Below are positions 1 through 14,725 of a stretch of DNA of 64,000 bases, piece after piece. The DNA is taken from NCBI GenBank assembly GCA_951406725.2, contig OX597815.1, positions 62,434,001 to 62,498,000 of the forward strand, written 5' to 3'. Numbering within the stretch: position 1 is the stretch's first letter; every line of letters starts with the position of its first letter. This DNA is from Octopus vulgaris. Its lineage: Eukaryota. The notes beneath the pieces are model-generated. The model searched no databases. It saw only the letters and a program-made list of their open reading frames with translations, and had not been told where the DNA came from. Made by a program: the position numbers and the translations under genes.

Positions 1-360
1 TTCCATCCCTTTCTCCTCTTCCTTCTCCCTCGTTCCCGCCTTCTCCTCCTCCTCCTCCTCCTCCTATTCCTTATCATCACTACCACCACCACCGCCACCA
101 TCATCATCCTCAGGACTACCACAACATCTATTATCACTATCATTCCCATAATCATCATCGTCATCGTCGTCGTTCTCGTCGTCGTTATGGTCATCGTGAT
201 TATTGCAACAACTACAAGTACAAGCATAAAAAATAACAAGATGATAACTCCTGACAAATAGTCGTCTCCGTCACCTCCACCTCAACCGCCGCCTTCGCCG
301 TCTTTGCCGCCCTCGCCGCCGCTGATATCTCCACCATCGTTGTCCTTTCTGTCCTCCACT
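1..360. repeat. Low-complexity triplet region (TCC/CAC/CAT/CGT/GCC runs)
   Basis: Degenerate trinucleotide runs visible directly. Confidence 0.8.
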
Positions 361-654
361 CTCAGAGACTTCAATAATTATTTCACAAGCCGACGGTAGC
401 ATTTATGACCTCATAATAGGTTTTTACTCTCAGCCGACTACAAAGGCCTTGGGAAACCACTCGCAACGCAGGTGTCTTCACCAGGTGTGGCAACAAACAA
501 CTTGATGGCCGACATTTACTATATGAAATAAAATAAAAAAATATTACCGCTTCTTTAATCTGTATTCATTGGTATTCAGATATGTGCATTTGCTTTGCTA
601 TGTACGTGAGTGTTATACACATACATACATATCTATATGTAGGGATATACATAT

Positions 655-1203
655 ATGATGGCTGCCCCCCTCGTTATCGAGTATGGCCATTGCACGAAGC
701 TTAACTGTTATTGGTGTTGTGATCGAATGTGACTTTTTAGCCCAGCTAAAGATCTACAATGTCTTGTACAGAATTGGCAACTAAAACCTTTACCGGTAAT
801 AGCCGGCTGTAGTTGTAACTGGGATTCATATAGCTTTGCATGTCGTTTAAGTCCTCCTGCCGAATTACTCTCTCTTCCACTTGCCCAACAGATATGATTA
901 GTATGGTGTGTTACACCACCACCAGTGGCCAGGTTATCACTCATCTGTCTCGCTTTATGACTACGAAGATGACTCTTGAGTCCAGCTTTACTGAGGCAGG
1001 GTCTTGCACAGACACTGCATGTCAGCAGCATAGGAAGACCATTTCCATCTGGAAGTGTAACAGCGATGCCCTTCCTGACATCTCTCCTTACTTTCTCATG
1101 TGCAACTCAAGCTTTCTCAAAAGTAGCTGTCCCCTCGTGCACAATCCTTCTCCACCTGCTACGATCAATAGCTATGCCTTTCCCATGTGGCAGGAGAGAT
1201 TTT
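655..1203 (-). mobile_element. 3' end of an RTE-clade LINE: ORF2 C-terminus with C2H2-like zinc fingers, short 3' UTR and microsatellite tail
   Basis: Minus strand reads SPATWE/GIAIDRSRWRRIVHEGTATFEKA*...CSVCARPCLSKAGLKSHLRSH...CQFCTRHCRSLAGLKSHIRSQH. WE..A.DR..WR...G...FE followed by a zinc finger is typical of RTE ORF2 ends. It carries a frameshift and a stop. Confidence 0.8.
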
Positions 1204-1245
1204 GAATACATATATACATGCATACATACCTACATACATACATAA

Positions 1246-1332
<87 letters not shown>

Positions 1333-1763
1333 TTATGCGTCATTTACATGTATGCATATACCTTAGGAAATGCTTATACATATACATACATGCATAAATA
1401 TATGTATATATATATTTATACATACATACACACATAGATACATGCACACACACACACACACATACATACATACATGCCTATATATGTATATATATACGGC
1501 GGGGTGATAAGTGCAGTCAGTTTTTCTTTGAAATAAGTAGTCTTACGTATATACATAATATGAATACACCTACACACGCGCGCGCACAAACACACACACG
1601 TACCCACACACAGAAACACACACACACGCAGACACACATATACATACACACGTACACGGACACACGCATTTCTTTTTTTTTACCATAATTCTTTAAAGTA
1701 TTCTGTAGATAGTCAGTCATAATATTCGAAATGTTGTTAATGAGACCTATAATGGTATTATTG

Positions 1764-1982
<219 letters not shown>

Positions 1983-2208
1983 AGAATGATATGAATAACA
2001 ACTACAATGATGAGGATCGTATAAATAATATTAATAATAATGATAACAACAACATTTGCCATATACGTATAAGGAATAAAAAGCAAGCAAAACATTAGAA
2101 ACACACAACAAATAAAGACGTTACAACAAACAGAATGCGAAGAATAATTTCTAGAAATACATATAAAGTTACAAAATACTGATAATACTGGGAAATCATA
2201 TATATATA

Positions 2209-2270
<62 letters not shown>

Positions 2271-2539
2271 ACACATACATATTACATATATTTATGTCCC
2301 TCTCTCTCCTTATATATGAATATGCGTGCACACACGTACACACACACACTCATATATATATATACACTCACATACATATATATATATAAATATATAATTA
2401 TATATAGTATTTTCCCCCTACCAATCTCATTCTATTCAATAAATGAAAGAAGAAATTAAAATATATATTTAGTCAGATATATATATCTAGGGAGGATCAC
2501 CGCTATTTCTTGCTCGGTTAAAGAGAGAAAGCGAGAGAG

Positions 2540-2599
<60 letters not shown>

Positions 2600-3429
2600 G
2601 GAGGGAGGAAGGGAGGGAGGGAGGAAGACAGAGAGAGAGAAATGAGGGAATCTTTATGCTTTTAGATATCCTACTTTGTCGTGATGAGGGCTGGACTTGA
2701 AAAACGAAATTTTATTTATAATCATTAATAGCTACTATGTGGTACCTGATGGGTTATTTCTTGGTTCCAAACAGAAACGGATATTTAGTTATACCGAAAA
2801 TATTCTCTTCGTGGAAATCTTTATTATATCCGACATACATGAATGTATTATTAGAACGCCGAATTCTGAGTTTTCGACTTGAGAGAATCTCTCATATTGA
2901 CGTCCGGTGCTAAGAGCACGGCTATGTTTGTTTGCGGACGAGAACCGTTTGACAAGGGCGCTTGAACTACCCGATATATATTCACTTTCTATTTAGAGCC
3001 TTATAAAATATAGATGTCGTTTGACAGCTCGATAGCGCTGTAGTAATGATTCCCTTGCGCATGCGTAACCTATTATTTTCTTCGTTGTTTTACTATTTAA
3101 GCAACACACACATACCAAACAATAACCGACTAGATTCTTAACTTATGCCTCATCTGTGGATCATCGTAAAAAAATGAATTCTTCAGATTTGGGATGCTGT
3201 CATTTCATGCTTGATTTACGAAAAAGAACTTCAGTTTGGAAATACATCTTTAGAAACTGGTTTCATATTGTGATGGATCTCCGTCGTTCATCGAGTAAAT
3301 TTAGATCCAATTATTCAATCAAATGAATTATTTCCTCCTGAGTATTCTAGCAGACACAAGTACCCGTTTATATAAATCTCGGGTAGAGCCAACATGAGAC
3401 AATACGTAACAAACCTATACCGTCTTGAA

Positions 3430-3592
3430 TTGCAGGTACAACCTATTCCGAGAGGCTTCTGTAGAGGCTCCGTCTCTCCAATTTTCTCTCACAACGTATA
3501 GATCAATCCAAGGCTATAAAAAAGGACTATTGCCTAAGATGTCATGAGATGGAATCGAACCAGGGACTTCATTACTGCGAACCAATTTTCTT
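3430..3592 (-). mobile_element. Degraded 5' half of SINE family A
   Basis: aaggctata...ttgcctaagatgtcatg...ggaatcgaaccaggga resembles the reverse complement of the family A head. Confidence 0.45.
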
Positions 3593-4391
3593 AAATATTC
3601 GTCGAGTGCAACTCTACTCGTTCATATAGTTTCCCCATTAAAAAAATAATGAACGACATTTGATTAACAAAATGTAATTGATTCTATGTAAACTTTTCTA
3701 AACAGTGTATGTTTAAGTAGCACCAGAAACGTATGCCTATCCTTGATAGAAGCAGGGATGATGTAAAACTCATATCGTAAAAGCAATCTACCATTTCCTT
3801 ATGTAATTATTGAAGAGCAAATTTTGCATAGGGTCACCTAGGTCTCTCGAATAGTTTCCATTAATTCTGGAAGTATCATCTGGGACAGGAGCAGATTTAT
3901 CTCACATGCCCAAAACGCAATGAAACCAGAACCATACACGGTTCCTTATGAGTGTTTTAGAACTGCTGGGTGAACCATTAAATAGTTTTATTAAGTTAGC
4001 AAAGCATAGGTTCAATGTTGTACTCCATTTTGTAATAACACACGTCTTTCTCTCTCGCTCCCCGTCTCTCCCTCCCTCTCTCTTTCTCAACATGAAAAAT
4101 ATTCCAGTAATGAAGGCAAGCTCCGTTCACAATTTGCTGATCTGAAGTAGAACAATATTTAAGAACGGTCGCATTGAACTAATAATTTAATGAGTTACAA
4201 CATGGATGTTCCAAGGTGTACTTAGCCAATCAACTAATCCAAGACACGCAACAACAATTAAAGATAGTGGTATGATATCTTAAGGCAAGTTATTGACAAT
4301 AAATTTATCGTTAATAGTTGTGTATGTTTTAACATCTCGTCCTCTCTTAATCTCTCGCTCTTTTCTCTTCTTCTTTTTCTTCTTTTTCCAC

Positions 4392-4485
4392 CTTCTTCTT
4401 CTTCTTCTTCTTCTTCTTCTTCTTCTTCTTCTTCTTCTTCTTCTTCTTCTTCTTCTTCTTCTTCTTCTTCTTCTTCTTCTTCTTC
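4392..4485. repeat. (CTT)n microsatellite
   Basis: Direct inspection. Confidence 0.95.
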
Positions 4486-5821
4486 CACCGCCTTTGCACT
4501 CGCGCGCGCACACACACACATACACACACAATTTGTGTGGCGATTCTCAGTATATCTGAGACTGTGCACTAAGTATGTCTTCAATATCCTCCTAGGATTC
4601 ATACATAAGCATGAAGCAGTTATGTACTCCTATCGAATTTCGCAGCGACCTAACGAAAACCCCTGACAAGATTTATGTATTTCTTCTCTCTCCCTCCTCT
4701 TCTCTGTCCCTTCTTGCTCTTTGTCTCATTTTCCCCCTTTTTTCTTTTCACCTTCACACACACACATATCTTTATGTGTGATTATGAATGTGTGTATATA
4801 TATATATATATATATGTTTGTGTGTGTGTATGTGTGTGTGTATGTGTGTGCGTAAGTATATATGTATATGTGTGTGTGTCTGTATGTATTAACAAATACG
4901 TACATATATGTGTATGTATGTGTGTGTATGTGAGTTTGCATGTGTGTATATATATGTGTGTATATATAAACATGCAGGCGCAAGCATACACAAGCACATA
5001 TGTATATACATACATGTATGTATGTATGCATGTATGTATATAAGGTGGCGAGTTCAAACCTTGAGCGATATATGTATAGTTGGTTCGGAAAAAAATGGAG
5101 TTTCTAAATCCTTATCCGATATTTCTAGATCTTCACAGTCTCATTTCAAGAATTAGATTGAATATATTTCTGTTGTTTGATAGTTAGCGACATGCATCAA
5201 CTGCCACGTGTTGATTAGAAATATTCAATGAAATTCCTTTCAAAAAGTAGAAGATTAATTATGAAGCCATACCCACATTACAATACAATACCAAAATTAA
5301 CACCTAAACACATATAAAAAGATTAATAGATTGATACTGAAAAAAAAAGACATAAAAACCGAAGGGTCAAAATTTGACCACGACAAACAAATCAACATGT
5401 GAAAGCTGATGCATTATGCTTACGGTCAGAAACCTTTGGCAAGAAAGTTTATATGAATTCAATCAGTGTATAAGAAAGAACATGGATGCTATTTATATTC
5501 AAATTAAATTTTTGGTAATCAAACTGTGAAGGTCTAGAAACTCCGGATATGAATTTAGGAACTGCACTGTTCTAATCAAACTATAAAAAGCTTTTAAGAA
5601 AATTTGAAAATAATGATTATAAAAAACAAAAAAAAAATTGAAAATAGTGTATATTCAATGAAAAAGGAATAAAAGAAAGAGTTGTTCCGCGCACACACAC
5701 ATTAGCTTTTACAAGAAATGTTAACAGTAACTTCGAAATAAATGATTATAAACACTACTGAAAAGTATTGAGTAATCTTTCGGCCTAATGTTAAATTGCT
5801 TTTACTATATAACTTGACATA

Positions 5822-5890
<69 letters not shown>

Positions 5891-7035
5891 GTACGTATGT
5901 ATGTATGTATATATGCATGCATGTACGTATGCATATGTGTGCATCTTTGTACATATATATACATATGTGTGTGTGTGTATGTATGTATGTATGTATATAT
6001 GTATAAAAAACTTAGGTCAAGTAATTGACAATAAATTTATCGCTATGTAAATATTTAGATATATACGTATATACATATATGCATATGTAAATATATACAT
6101 GCACATGCATATACATTGTATATATGTATGTTCACTGGAAAACAGACGTTAAATGTGATAGTATTCTTAACCGTTTTCATAATATGATTTTCAAAAGAAG
6201 TGAGAGATGGACGTACGTGAACCTATGCCGTATCTGTCTCGACTAACTGCAACTTGAAAATTTGTTGCTTTTTATGGAAAACTTTATGGCTCACATTGCC
6301 CTCAGTTGATGCACAGATTGGTTGGTTGAAGCTGGTCACTGAATCAGAAAGTCATGTTACTGTATGAATGAGAATTGTGCTAAACGTTACAGCTATATTA
6401 GGCCAATGAATCTTTTATGCAACAGCGTGGATAACAATTGTGCGTTATATTTGCATATCAGGTCACGCGAGAGTATAGTCGAAAATTGCGCTAAAAGTCA
6501 AAAGGGTGAATGTGTCGTTTGATAATATGATCAACAAGTGTTGATAATATGATCAGATGTACTTCTGGTTGTAACGAAGATTAAGCAGAACAAAAGAAAC
6601 TGATCTTGACTTAATATGCTTAGGCAAGAAAAACAGACTCAGTGTTCGCAAGCAGCATCTACGAGATCCTACTAAAAGACAGATCGCTAAGTGACCTTGT
6701 ATTCAAGAAGCAAATCACAAAATTTCCTAGACTTCCCACATTAAAACGGATCAAATACAAATAAAGAAAATATGTTTATTCAAAAGAACAAAACCATAGC
6801 TGAATAAATGAGCTCTATCATCATTTCGAACAGAGACATCATATTGTTTGTAGTTCTTGCAAACATTTTGACAAATTATACACAAAGAAGTATGCTATTT
6901 CTTTACTTTTAAAAATCTTGACAACCCTTTGTTCGTACTATCATGTAACTTATTCACCGGATTTCCGCAAAAGGAGTAGAAACAAATATATTAAAGATTT
7001 ATAATGATTTGGAACCGCAAATATAAAATTGTATC

Positions 7036-7236
7036 GTGTGGTAAGTAACTTGCTTACGAACCACATGGTTACTGGTTCAGTCCCACTGCGTGACACCTTG
7101 GGCAAGTGTCTTCTGCTATAGCATCGGGCCGACCAAAGCCTTGTGAGTGGATTTGGTAGACGGAAAACTGAAAGAAGCCCGTCGTATATATATATATATA
7201 TACATATATACATATATACATACATATATATATATT

Positions 7237-7275
<39 letters not shown>

Positions 7276-7504
7276 ATGTATACGTTTGTGAGTCTGTGTT
7301 TGTCCCCCCAACATAGCTTGACAACCAATGCTGGTGTGTTTACGTCTCCGTAACTTAGCGGTTCGGCAATACAGACCGATAGAATAAGTACTAGGCTTAC
7401 AATGAATAAGTTCTGGGGTCGATTTGCTCGACTAAAGGCGGTGCTCCAGCATGGCCACAGTCAAATGACTGAAACAAGTTAAAGAGTAAAAGAGAGTAAA
7501 GAGT
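7036..7504 (+). mobile_element. tRNA-derived SINE family A (head, internal TA/TG microsatellite, tail ending in (AAAAGAGT)n-like repeats)
   Basis: gtgtggtaag...ggttcagtccc A/B-box-like head and ccttgggcaagtgtctt core. The same sequence recurs more than 10 times in the window. Confidence 0.9.
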
Positions 7505-7655
7505 ATACATACATACATTCATACATACATACATACATACATACATACATACATACATACATACATACATACATACATACATACATACATACATACATAC
7601 ATACATACATACATACATACATACATACATAAAAATACATACATACATACATTCA

Positions 7656-7689
<34 letters not shown>

Positions 7690-7751
7690 CATACATACAT
7701 ACATACATTCCTACATACATACATACATACATACATACATACATACATACG

Positions 7752-7785
<34 letters not shown>
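7505..7785. repeat. (ACAT)n tetranucleotide microsatellite
   Basis: Direct inspection. Confidence 0.95.
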
Positions 7786-7787
<2 letters not shown>

Positions 7788-8129
7788 GTGGGTGGATAGG
7801 GTTAATAGATCTAGGTGGGTACCGTTCAGGCACTCTAGTAGAATCCAATTTCCGGCTAATTGCATCGAATGATAAGGAAAAATTGGGCTATTTAAGTTAA
7901 ATAATCCCCAGGTAAATCCGAAGGGTTAATCCTGATTTTGCTTCGTTGGATTATAAACAGTTTACCGAGTGTATATCGAAGATACTAAAATAAAGATGGA
8001 GAATTATACATCTACATTTTTTTTATTATTACAGTCTACTTTTATATCATACGTTCTCTTTAAACCTCTGTCCGCCATATGTTTCTGCTGTATGGATGTC
8101 TTGTTATGTAGTGTACATTTACTCCTTGT

Positions 8130-8290
8130 GAGTTCGCCTGCTTTCAGAGCTTTGAAACTCTACTTGTGGCAACAACTTGAACAAAGCTGCATTAGACACG
8201 TTTTTAACCAGGATGAAATCTGAATGCAGCCGAACCCTCAAGAATGACAATCTGGAAAAGATGGGATTTTCAGAAAAAGCAATCAACCAG
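8130..8290 (+). mobile_element. Possible hAT transposase C-terminal dimerisation-domain relic
   Basis: Across frameshifts it reads LLVATT...SC.R.F/LTRMKSECSRTLKNDNLEKM, similar to the hATC pattern ER.FS.L.R.K...R..L....LE. Confidence 0.35.
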
Positions 8291-9299
8291 CGAACACGCA
8301 CGTTACAAGTCAGGTCTGTAAGCGGACCTGCTAAAACATGCAAAACATTTTTCAAGTTCAAACTATGGATTTGCTTTTCTTATCTACATTGCAACAACAG
8401 AGCTTTGTGTCTTTCTTAGAGAAGATTCTTTATTACAGAAAGATTTCAAATAATCAAAAATAAAAGAGAACACACACACACACACACACCGATTATATAA
8501 ATAAATATATAAATTGATTATATAAATACAGTATGAGTGAATATGTATATTTCTATTATATAAGTACATATATATGCATATACAAACATGCATGTACTTT
8601 CATACACACATATAATATATGTAGGCGTGAGTGTATGTATGTATGTATATGTATATCCACACATAGAGAGAGAGAGAGAGAAAAAAAAGAGAGAGAAAGA
8701 AAGAGAGATAAAGAGAGAGACAGAGAGAATATACTTTTGCAAACCTGATAATATTAAAATTTAACATTTAAAAGTCATATACTCAAAAAGTTAGTTCGTA
8801 GTTTCAAATACCAAGGAAATTAAAAAGAATTTATGCTTTCATTGTTTATATTTCCAATATATACAAGTTTTACGATCAAGAAATTTGAGTTTCAATTTTT
8901 ATAATATTTCAATATAATTCAGATTTTATAAGAAATTAACAGTTCGACTCATAGAATGTTATACCTGAAGTTTAAAAAAAATATTATCAACATAGGCGCA
9001 GGTGTGGTTGTGTGGTAAGAAGTTTGCTTCCCAATCGCCTCTCATCTTACTGCATAAGTTTTCGTAATAGTGGTTTCGATCTGGTGGTAGATAAGATTGC
9101 TGAGAGCCAATTTTGTATTGATACAGAGAAGCAACAAGAGTACTTATACTTTCAGACGTAGATTGTGAAGAGGGGCAGCAATAAAACGACGGGAATTGAG
9201 AAACTCTATCGGATGGTTGGTAAAATTGTCATCATCAATGGTATTATATAATTCAAAAATTGAATTCGGGTTGAAGAACTGGGAAAAAAAAATATATTA

Positions 9300-9488
9300 A
9301 AGAGCCCAAATCTACAACTGATGCATTGCCGTTACTTAGAGGTTCGGTACAAATAACCGATATAATAAATACCAGACAATAGCAAATTAGGTACTGGGGT
9401 TGATTTGTCCCACTAAATTCTTCCAGGCAGCGCTCTAGCATGGTTGCAATCAAATGAATGAAATTAAGTTAAAGAAAGCATAAAAGAT
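9300..9488 (+). mobile_element. Degraded 3' half of SINE family A (head remnant at about 8993-9035)
   Basis: acttagaggttcgg...tactggggttgatttgt...gcgctctagcatggttgcaatcaaatga. Confidence 0.7.
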
Positions 9489-10002
9489 ATATACATACAT
9501 TAATTTATTTATACATAGATGCATGCATAATATACACATACATACATACATACATACATACATACATACATACATACATACATACATACGTAAACATATT
9601 TGTCTGTCTTAATGTATGTGTGTATGTGCATGTATATATGATATTGGAGATGTATCTATGACATTTATTTCGTGATGTCCTTTAAATTTTCCAGTAAAAC
9701 ATTCACAAACAACGGGAATTGGTCGCTGGAACGCCAGCCATAAAAGACGTGAAAGAGCGAACGGCAGCGTAGATTATATGGTTTATATTATGTATAAAAA
9801 TATAATGAGGAAACAACGTAGAAATAAATGGTTTATACACATATAAACAAACAATATGTAATAATGGTGTTTTTGTAGCCATCGAACATTGTCATGTCAC
9901 GGAATAAAAATATAACACACACATGTAAACATTAGCACACCCAAGAAATGAATTTACATATAAATAAAAATATTTTTCTACATTCCCCCTACACCCCTCT
10001 CT

Positions 10003-10074
<72 letters not shown>

Positions 10075-10340
10075 GTGTGCGTGTTTCTGTATATATACAT
10101 ACATGTATATGTATATGTATACATACATACATATATATATAAATATATATATACACTGCATAAACTTATCATTATCATATTATCATTGTATATCATTATA
10201 TACATATTTTGCAGACACATATATCTATTTGTATTTAAAATATGTTGTGTTGTACACACACACTCACACACACACACATACACGTGTGAAACATGTATAT
10301 GTTTATATGAATAAGCACACACACACGCACATATATATAA

Positions 10341-10371
<31 letters not shown>

Positions 10372-10501
10372 CATATATATATAAATATATATATATACAT
10401 ATATACATTCATATATGTATGTATATATGTATGCATATATTAAATATAATTCAATTATATATATGATATATATACATATATTCACATACAAACAAAGACA
10501 C

Positions 10502-10545
<44 letters not shown>

Positions 10546-10908
10546 TTTTCACCAAATACATACTTGTGTTTATGTGTTTGTGTAGCTTTGTATGATAAAA
10601 TATTATATATATTTATTAATAATAAAATAGCGATATAATATATATTACACACAATCTTCCACAAGTAAGTTAGCATTTAAAATTGAACTGCAATTAAAAA
10701 TATGCCAGAATTGTGGGATACATGCTATAAATTGTTTACCATATAGATTTTAGTATCATATTAATGTAGACATGTACACACACGTACACACACACATTCA
10801 TACGTGTGTGTGTGGGTTCATATATTTGTACGTTTGTACACATCTATGTAGTTACTAGATGTTCATGTGCTTGTGCGTTTGTGCCTGTGTTTGTATATAT
10901 ATATACAT

Positions 10909-10987
<79 letters not shown>

Positions 10988-11118
10988 TATATATGTACAT
11001 ATATATATATAAATATACTTATACGCGTATATATCTATATATATATATATACGCATATATATGCATATAAATATAGATATGAACATGCATATATAAGTTC
11101 AAATACATATATGTATAC

Positions 11119-11151
<33 letters not shown>

Positions 11152-11453
11152 TGTATGTATGTATGTATGTATGTATGTATGCATGCATGTATGTATGTAT
11201 GTATGTATGTATACATATGTACATATGTGTCTATGTGTGTGTGTGATTGTCAGAGCTTGTTTGTGTTGGTGCGAAATAAACAATATATGTGGTACATAAA
11301 TATTATATTGATATTTTACTAGCAATAAAAATATAAACACAGACCGCACTCACACACACACTTACGTATGTATTTATGTACAGACAATAAACGAATATGA
11401 TACGAAAATACAAAAGCAGATTCCATACGATATATATATATATATTTTTTCTG

Positions 11454-11647
11454 TACTTGTTTCAGTCATTTGACTGCGGCCATGCTGGAGCACCGCCTTT
11501 TAGAGTGGTGAAAGAGTACAGCAGGGATCACCACCTCCTGCCGGAGCCTCGTGGAGCTTTTAGGTGTTTTCGCTCAATAAACACACAACGCCCGGTCTGG
11601 GAATCGAAACCGCGATCCTCCGACCACAAGTCCGCTGCCCTAACCAC

Positions 11648-11648
<1 letters not shown>
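11454..11648 (-). mobile_element. SINE A tail fragment (11454-11500) fused to the 5' part of another tRNA-head SINE (11504-11648)
   Basis: Reverse complement agtggttagggcagcggac...ggtttcgattccc carries A and B boxes. Confidence 0.75.
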
Positions 11649-11693
<45 letters not shown>

Positions 11694-11784
11694 GGAGATA
11701 TATGTATATATATATATATACATACATACATATATACATACAAACGTACGTAGGTACATACACACACATATATGTATATAATAT

Positions 11785-11836
<52 letters not shown>

Positions 11837-11852
11837 CAAACATATATATATA

Positions 11853-11963
<111 letters not shown>

Positions 11964-12110
11964 ACATATATATATATATACACACATATACAGGCAGTAT
12001 ATCAGGATAAATATATAGTTTATTGCATCAACGTAAAGTCGGCACTTTACTACATTTATTGATTGTTTTTATCCATTTCCCCCCCTACACTGGCGCCACC
12101 TATCTACCTT

Positions 12111-12158
<48 letters not shown>

Positions 12159-12644
12159 CGATCAATATATCATTATACTCTAACCCACCCATTCACCTAC
12201 CTATCGAACTACTCGCATTCTTTATATATTATTTATTATTCCCTCCATGTTGTTTTACTTTTCGCGTCGAATTATCGATCTATATTTTTATCTGTTCATC
12301 TATCTATCCATCTGTCTATCTGTCTATCTGTCTATCTGCCTATCTGCCTATATCTGTCTGTTTGTCAAACTATTTCCAAATTTTGTTATTTAAGCATTTG
12401 GTTTTTTACGATTTCTCACCTCGCAGGGTCACAAACGGAAATGAATCTATTTCATTTTCATCGGAAGGAAAGACTCCAGACGGAGCGTAAAAATTACTGA
12501 TTTGAGGAGTCGTCACGAACCTGTCAGGTATCACTCGCCGATGCCATCACGCCATATGGCGTTGGTAGGTATCTTCGTCAAAGCACAGACTGATGCAAGT
12601 AGTGTTAACAGAATGGGGATTACTCTAAAGGAATTTCTTTTTGG

Positions 12645-12935
12645 GGCTGCGTGGTAATAAGCTTGCTTCCCAACTACATGGTCCCGGGTTGAGTCCTGCT
12701 GCGTGACACCTTGGCCAAGTGTCTTCTACTATAGTCTCAGGTCGATCAAAGCCTTGTGAGTGGATTTGGTTGACGAAAACTGAAAGAAGCCCGTGGCTGT
12801 ATGGTAAGGAGCTTTCTTCCTAACCACATGGTTCCGGGTTCAGTCTTACTCTGGGCAAGTGTCTTCTACTATGGCCTCATGTTGATCAAAGTCTTGTTAG
12901 TGGATTTGGAAGACAGAAACTGAAAAAAGCCTGTC

Positions 12936-12972
<37 letters not shown>

Positions 12973-13197
12973 TATGTATATGTATATGTTTGTGTGTCTG
13001 TGTTAGGCCCCCACCGTCGCTTTACAACCGATGTTGGTGTGTTAACGTCCCCGTAACTTAACTGCTTGGCAAAAGAGACTGATAGAATAAATACTAGGCT
13101 TACAAAGAATAAGTCCTGGGGTCGATTTGTTCAACTAAAAGGCGGTGTTCTAATATGGCGGCACTCAAATAAAGATAAACAAGTAACAAGTAAAATA
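12645..13197 (+). mobile_element. SINE family A with duplicated 5' half (12645-12795 and 12794-12935) and one tail
   Basis: Two consecutive head/core copies, then the microsatellite and the tail. Confidence 0.85.
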
Positions 13198-13209
13198 AGT
13201 ATATATGTA

Positions 13210-13249
<40 letters not shown>

Positions 13250-13285
13250 TATAAAGATACGCACATACATATATGTATATACATA

Positions 13286-13386
13286 TTTGAGTGTGTCTGT
13301 GGATATGGGAGTTAGTATTTGTCATTATATATATATATATGTATGTGTATATATATATATCTATATACATACATACACATATACAT

Positions 13387-13421
<35 letters not shown>

Positions 13422-13461
13422 ATGACAAATACTAACACACATATCCACAGACACACTCAAA
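13286..13461. repeat. Inverted repeat with arms of about 43 bp around an AT-rich microsatellite spacer
   Basis: tttgagtgtgtctgtggatatgggagttagtatttgtcatta versus taatgacaaatactaacacacatatccacagacacactcaaa (2 mismatches). Confidence 0.85.
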
Positions 13462-13752
13462 CACACACACATTCACACATGCACATACCTACATGGAAGA
13501 TATGTTTAGTCTTGATATGTTAAAGATCTAGTAGTACAGTTTTATGACTCAAAGTTTCATGCTAAACGATCATTTATCAGATGTAAGGAGTTTTCAAACC
13601 CTCGTTGAAGCGCAATCTTTATTAATTACAGTATGCAGGTAGTTACTGACTTGTAATACTCCGAAGAATTAGCTTTTCGGCATGAGCCTAAATCATAGAA
13701 AAGTAATGTATATGTCTACTATAGTGAAATATATATATTCTCTGTTTTTAAC

Positions 13753-13818
<66 letters not shown>

Positions 13819-13819
<1 letters not shown>

Positions 13820-13933
13820 GCTAAGAAACCAGAGCGCTCGCTGTTGGAGAAGAGGGAACAGACTCGATGTGCATGTCAATTTGATGCAAGAATAAAAGAG
13901 GAAATGAACAAGATAGACATATACCAGGACCTG

Positions 13934-14000
<67 letters not shown>

Positions 14001-14255
14001 GCAAACTGTTGAGTTGCAGAAAAAGTAAGGTCGTATTATTTGTCATTGCAGCGACAAGGAAGAGGTTTAAGGAGTAGACAGAAAAGATTGGCAGAAGTAC
14101 ATAGACTTCATGCAACTGACCTGGTTTTAGGAATGACGAAAATCATTGGAAAGATCTTGGGTGGCTGAGGTTACTGGTTGTAACTTGTTATCCTAAACTA
14201 AACCCATCTAAATTCCCTCATGGAGATGAGACAGGAAAAAATGAAATGAAATAAA
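13819..14255 (+). mobile_element. 5'-truncated R4/Dong-clade LINE 3' end (degenerate restriction-like endonuclease domain) inside (AAT)n
   Basis: KPE..LLEK...CACQFDARIKEEMNKIDIYQDLK[(AG)n expansion]...KLLSCRKSKVVLFVIAA matches the RLE pattern KPD...D.ACPFD....E.EK..KYQDL. It is flanked by (AAT)n on both sides. Confidence 0.7.
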
Positions 14256-14276
14256 TAAATAATAATAATAATAATG

Positions 14277-14403
<127 letters not shown>

Positions 14404-14426
14404 TAATAACAATAATAATAATAATA

Positions 14427-14652
14427 GGTATGATAAAACAATATTCAGACAAATACGCAACAAAAACACCAGGATTAACAAGTAAATATAACATACAGAA
14501 AATAGCTCTGCTAGGCACCGCAGACATCCTACGTAAAACACTTTCAATACAGTAAAAATGAGAGCGTCACAGCAAACCACAGCACATACCCAAGGCACAC
14601 AGAGCTGTGCTCGGTAGCGCAGAAAGCACGTGGTAAAAATAAGACTACTGAA
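14427..14652 (+). mobile_element. Extreme 3' end and 3' UTR of a second R4/Dong-clade family inside (AAT)n
   Basis: GMIKQYSDKYATKTPGLTSKYNIQKIALLGTADILRKTLSIQ*. QK..LLGTA.ILRK.L is the typical R4-clade terminus. Confidence 0.8.
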
Positions 14653-14654
14653 TG

Positions 14655-14724
<70 letters not shown>

Positions 14725-14725
<1 letters not shown>

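Noticed and set aside
708-1031. Host C2H2 zinc-finger gene
   Set aside because: It is contiguous with a frameshifted RTE ORF2 motif and followed by a LINE tail, and it has no TGEKP linkers
12426-12527. Exon with plausible splice signals
   Set aside because: Stops in all three frames. A UTR exon cannot be supported without transcript data.
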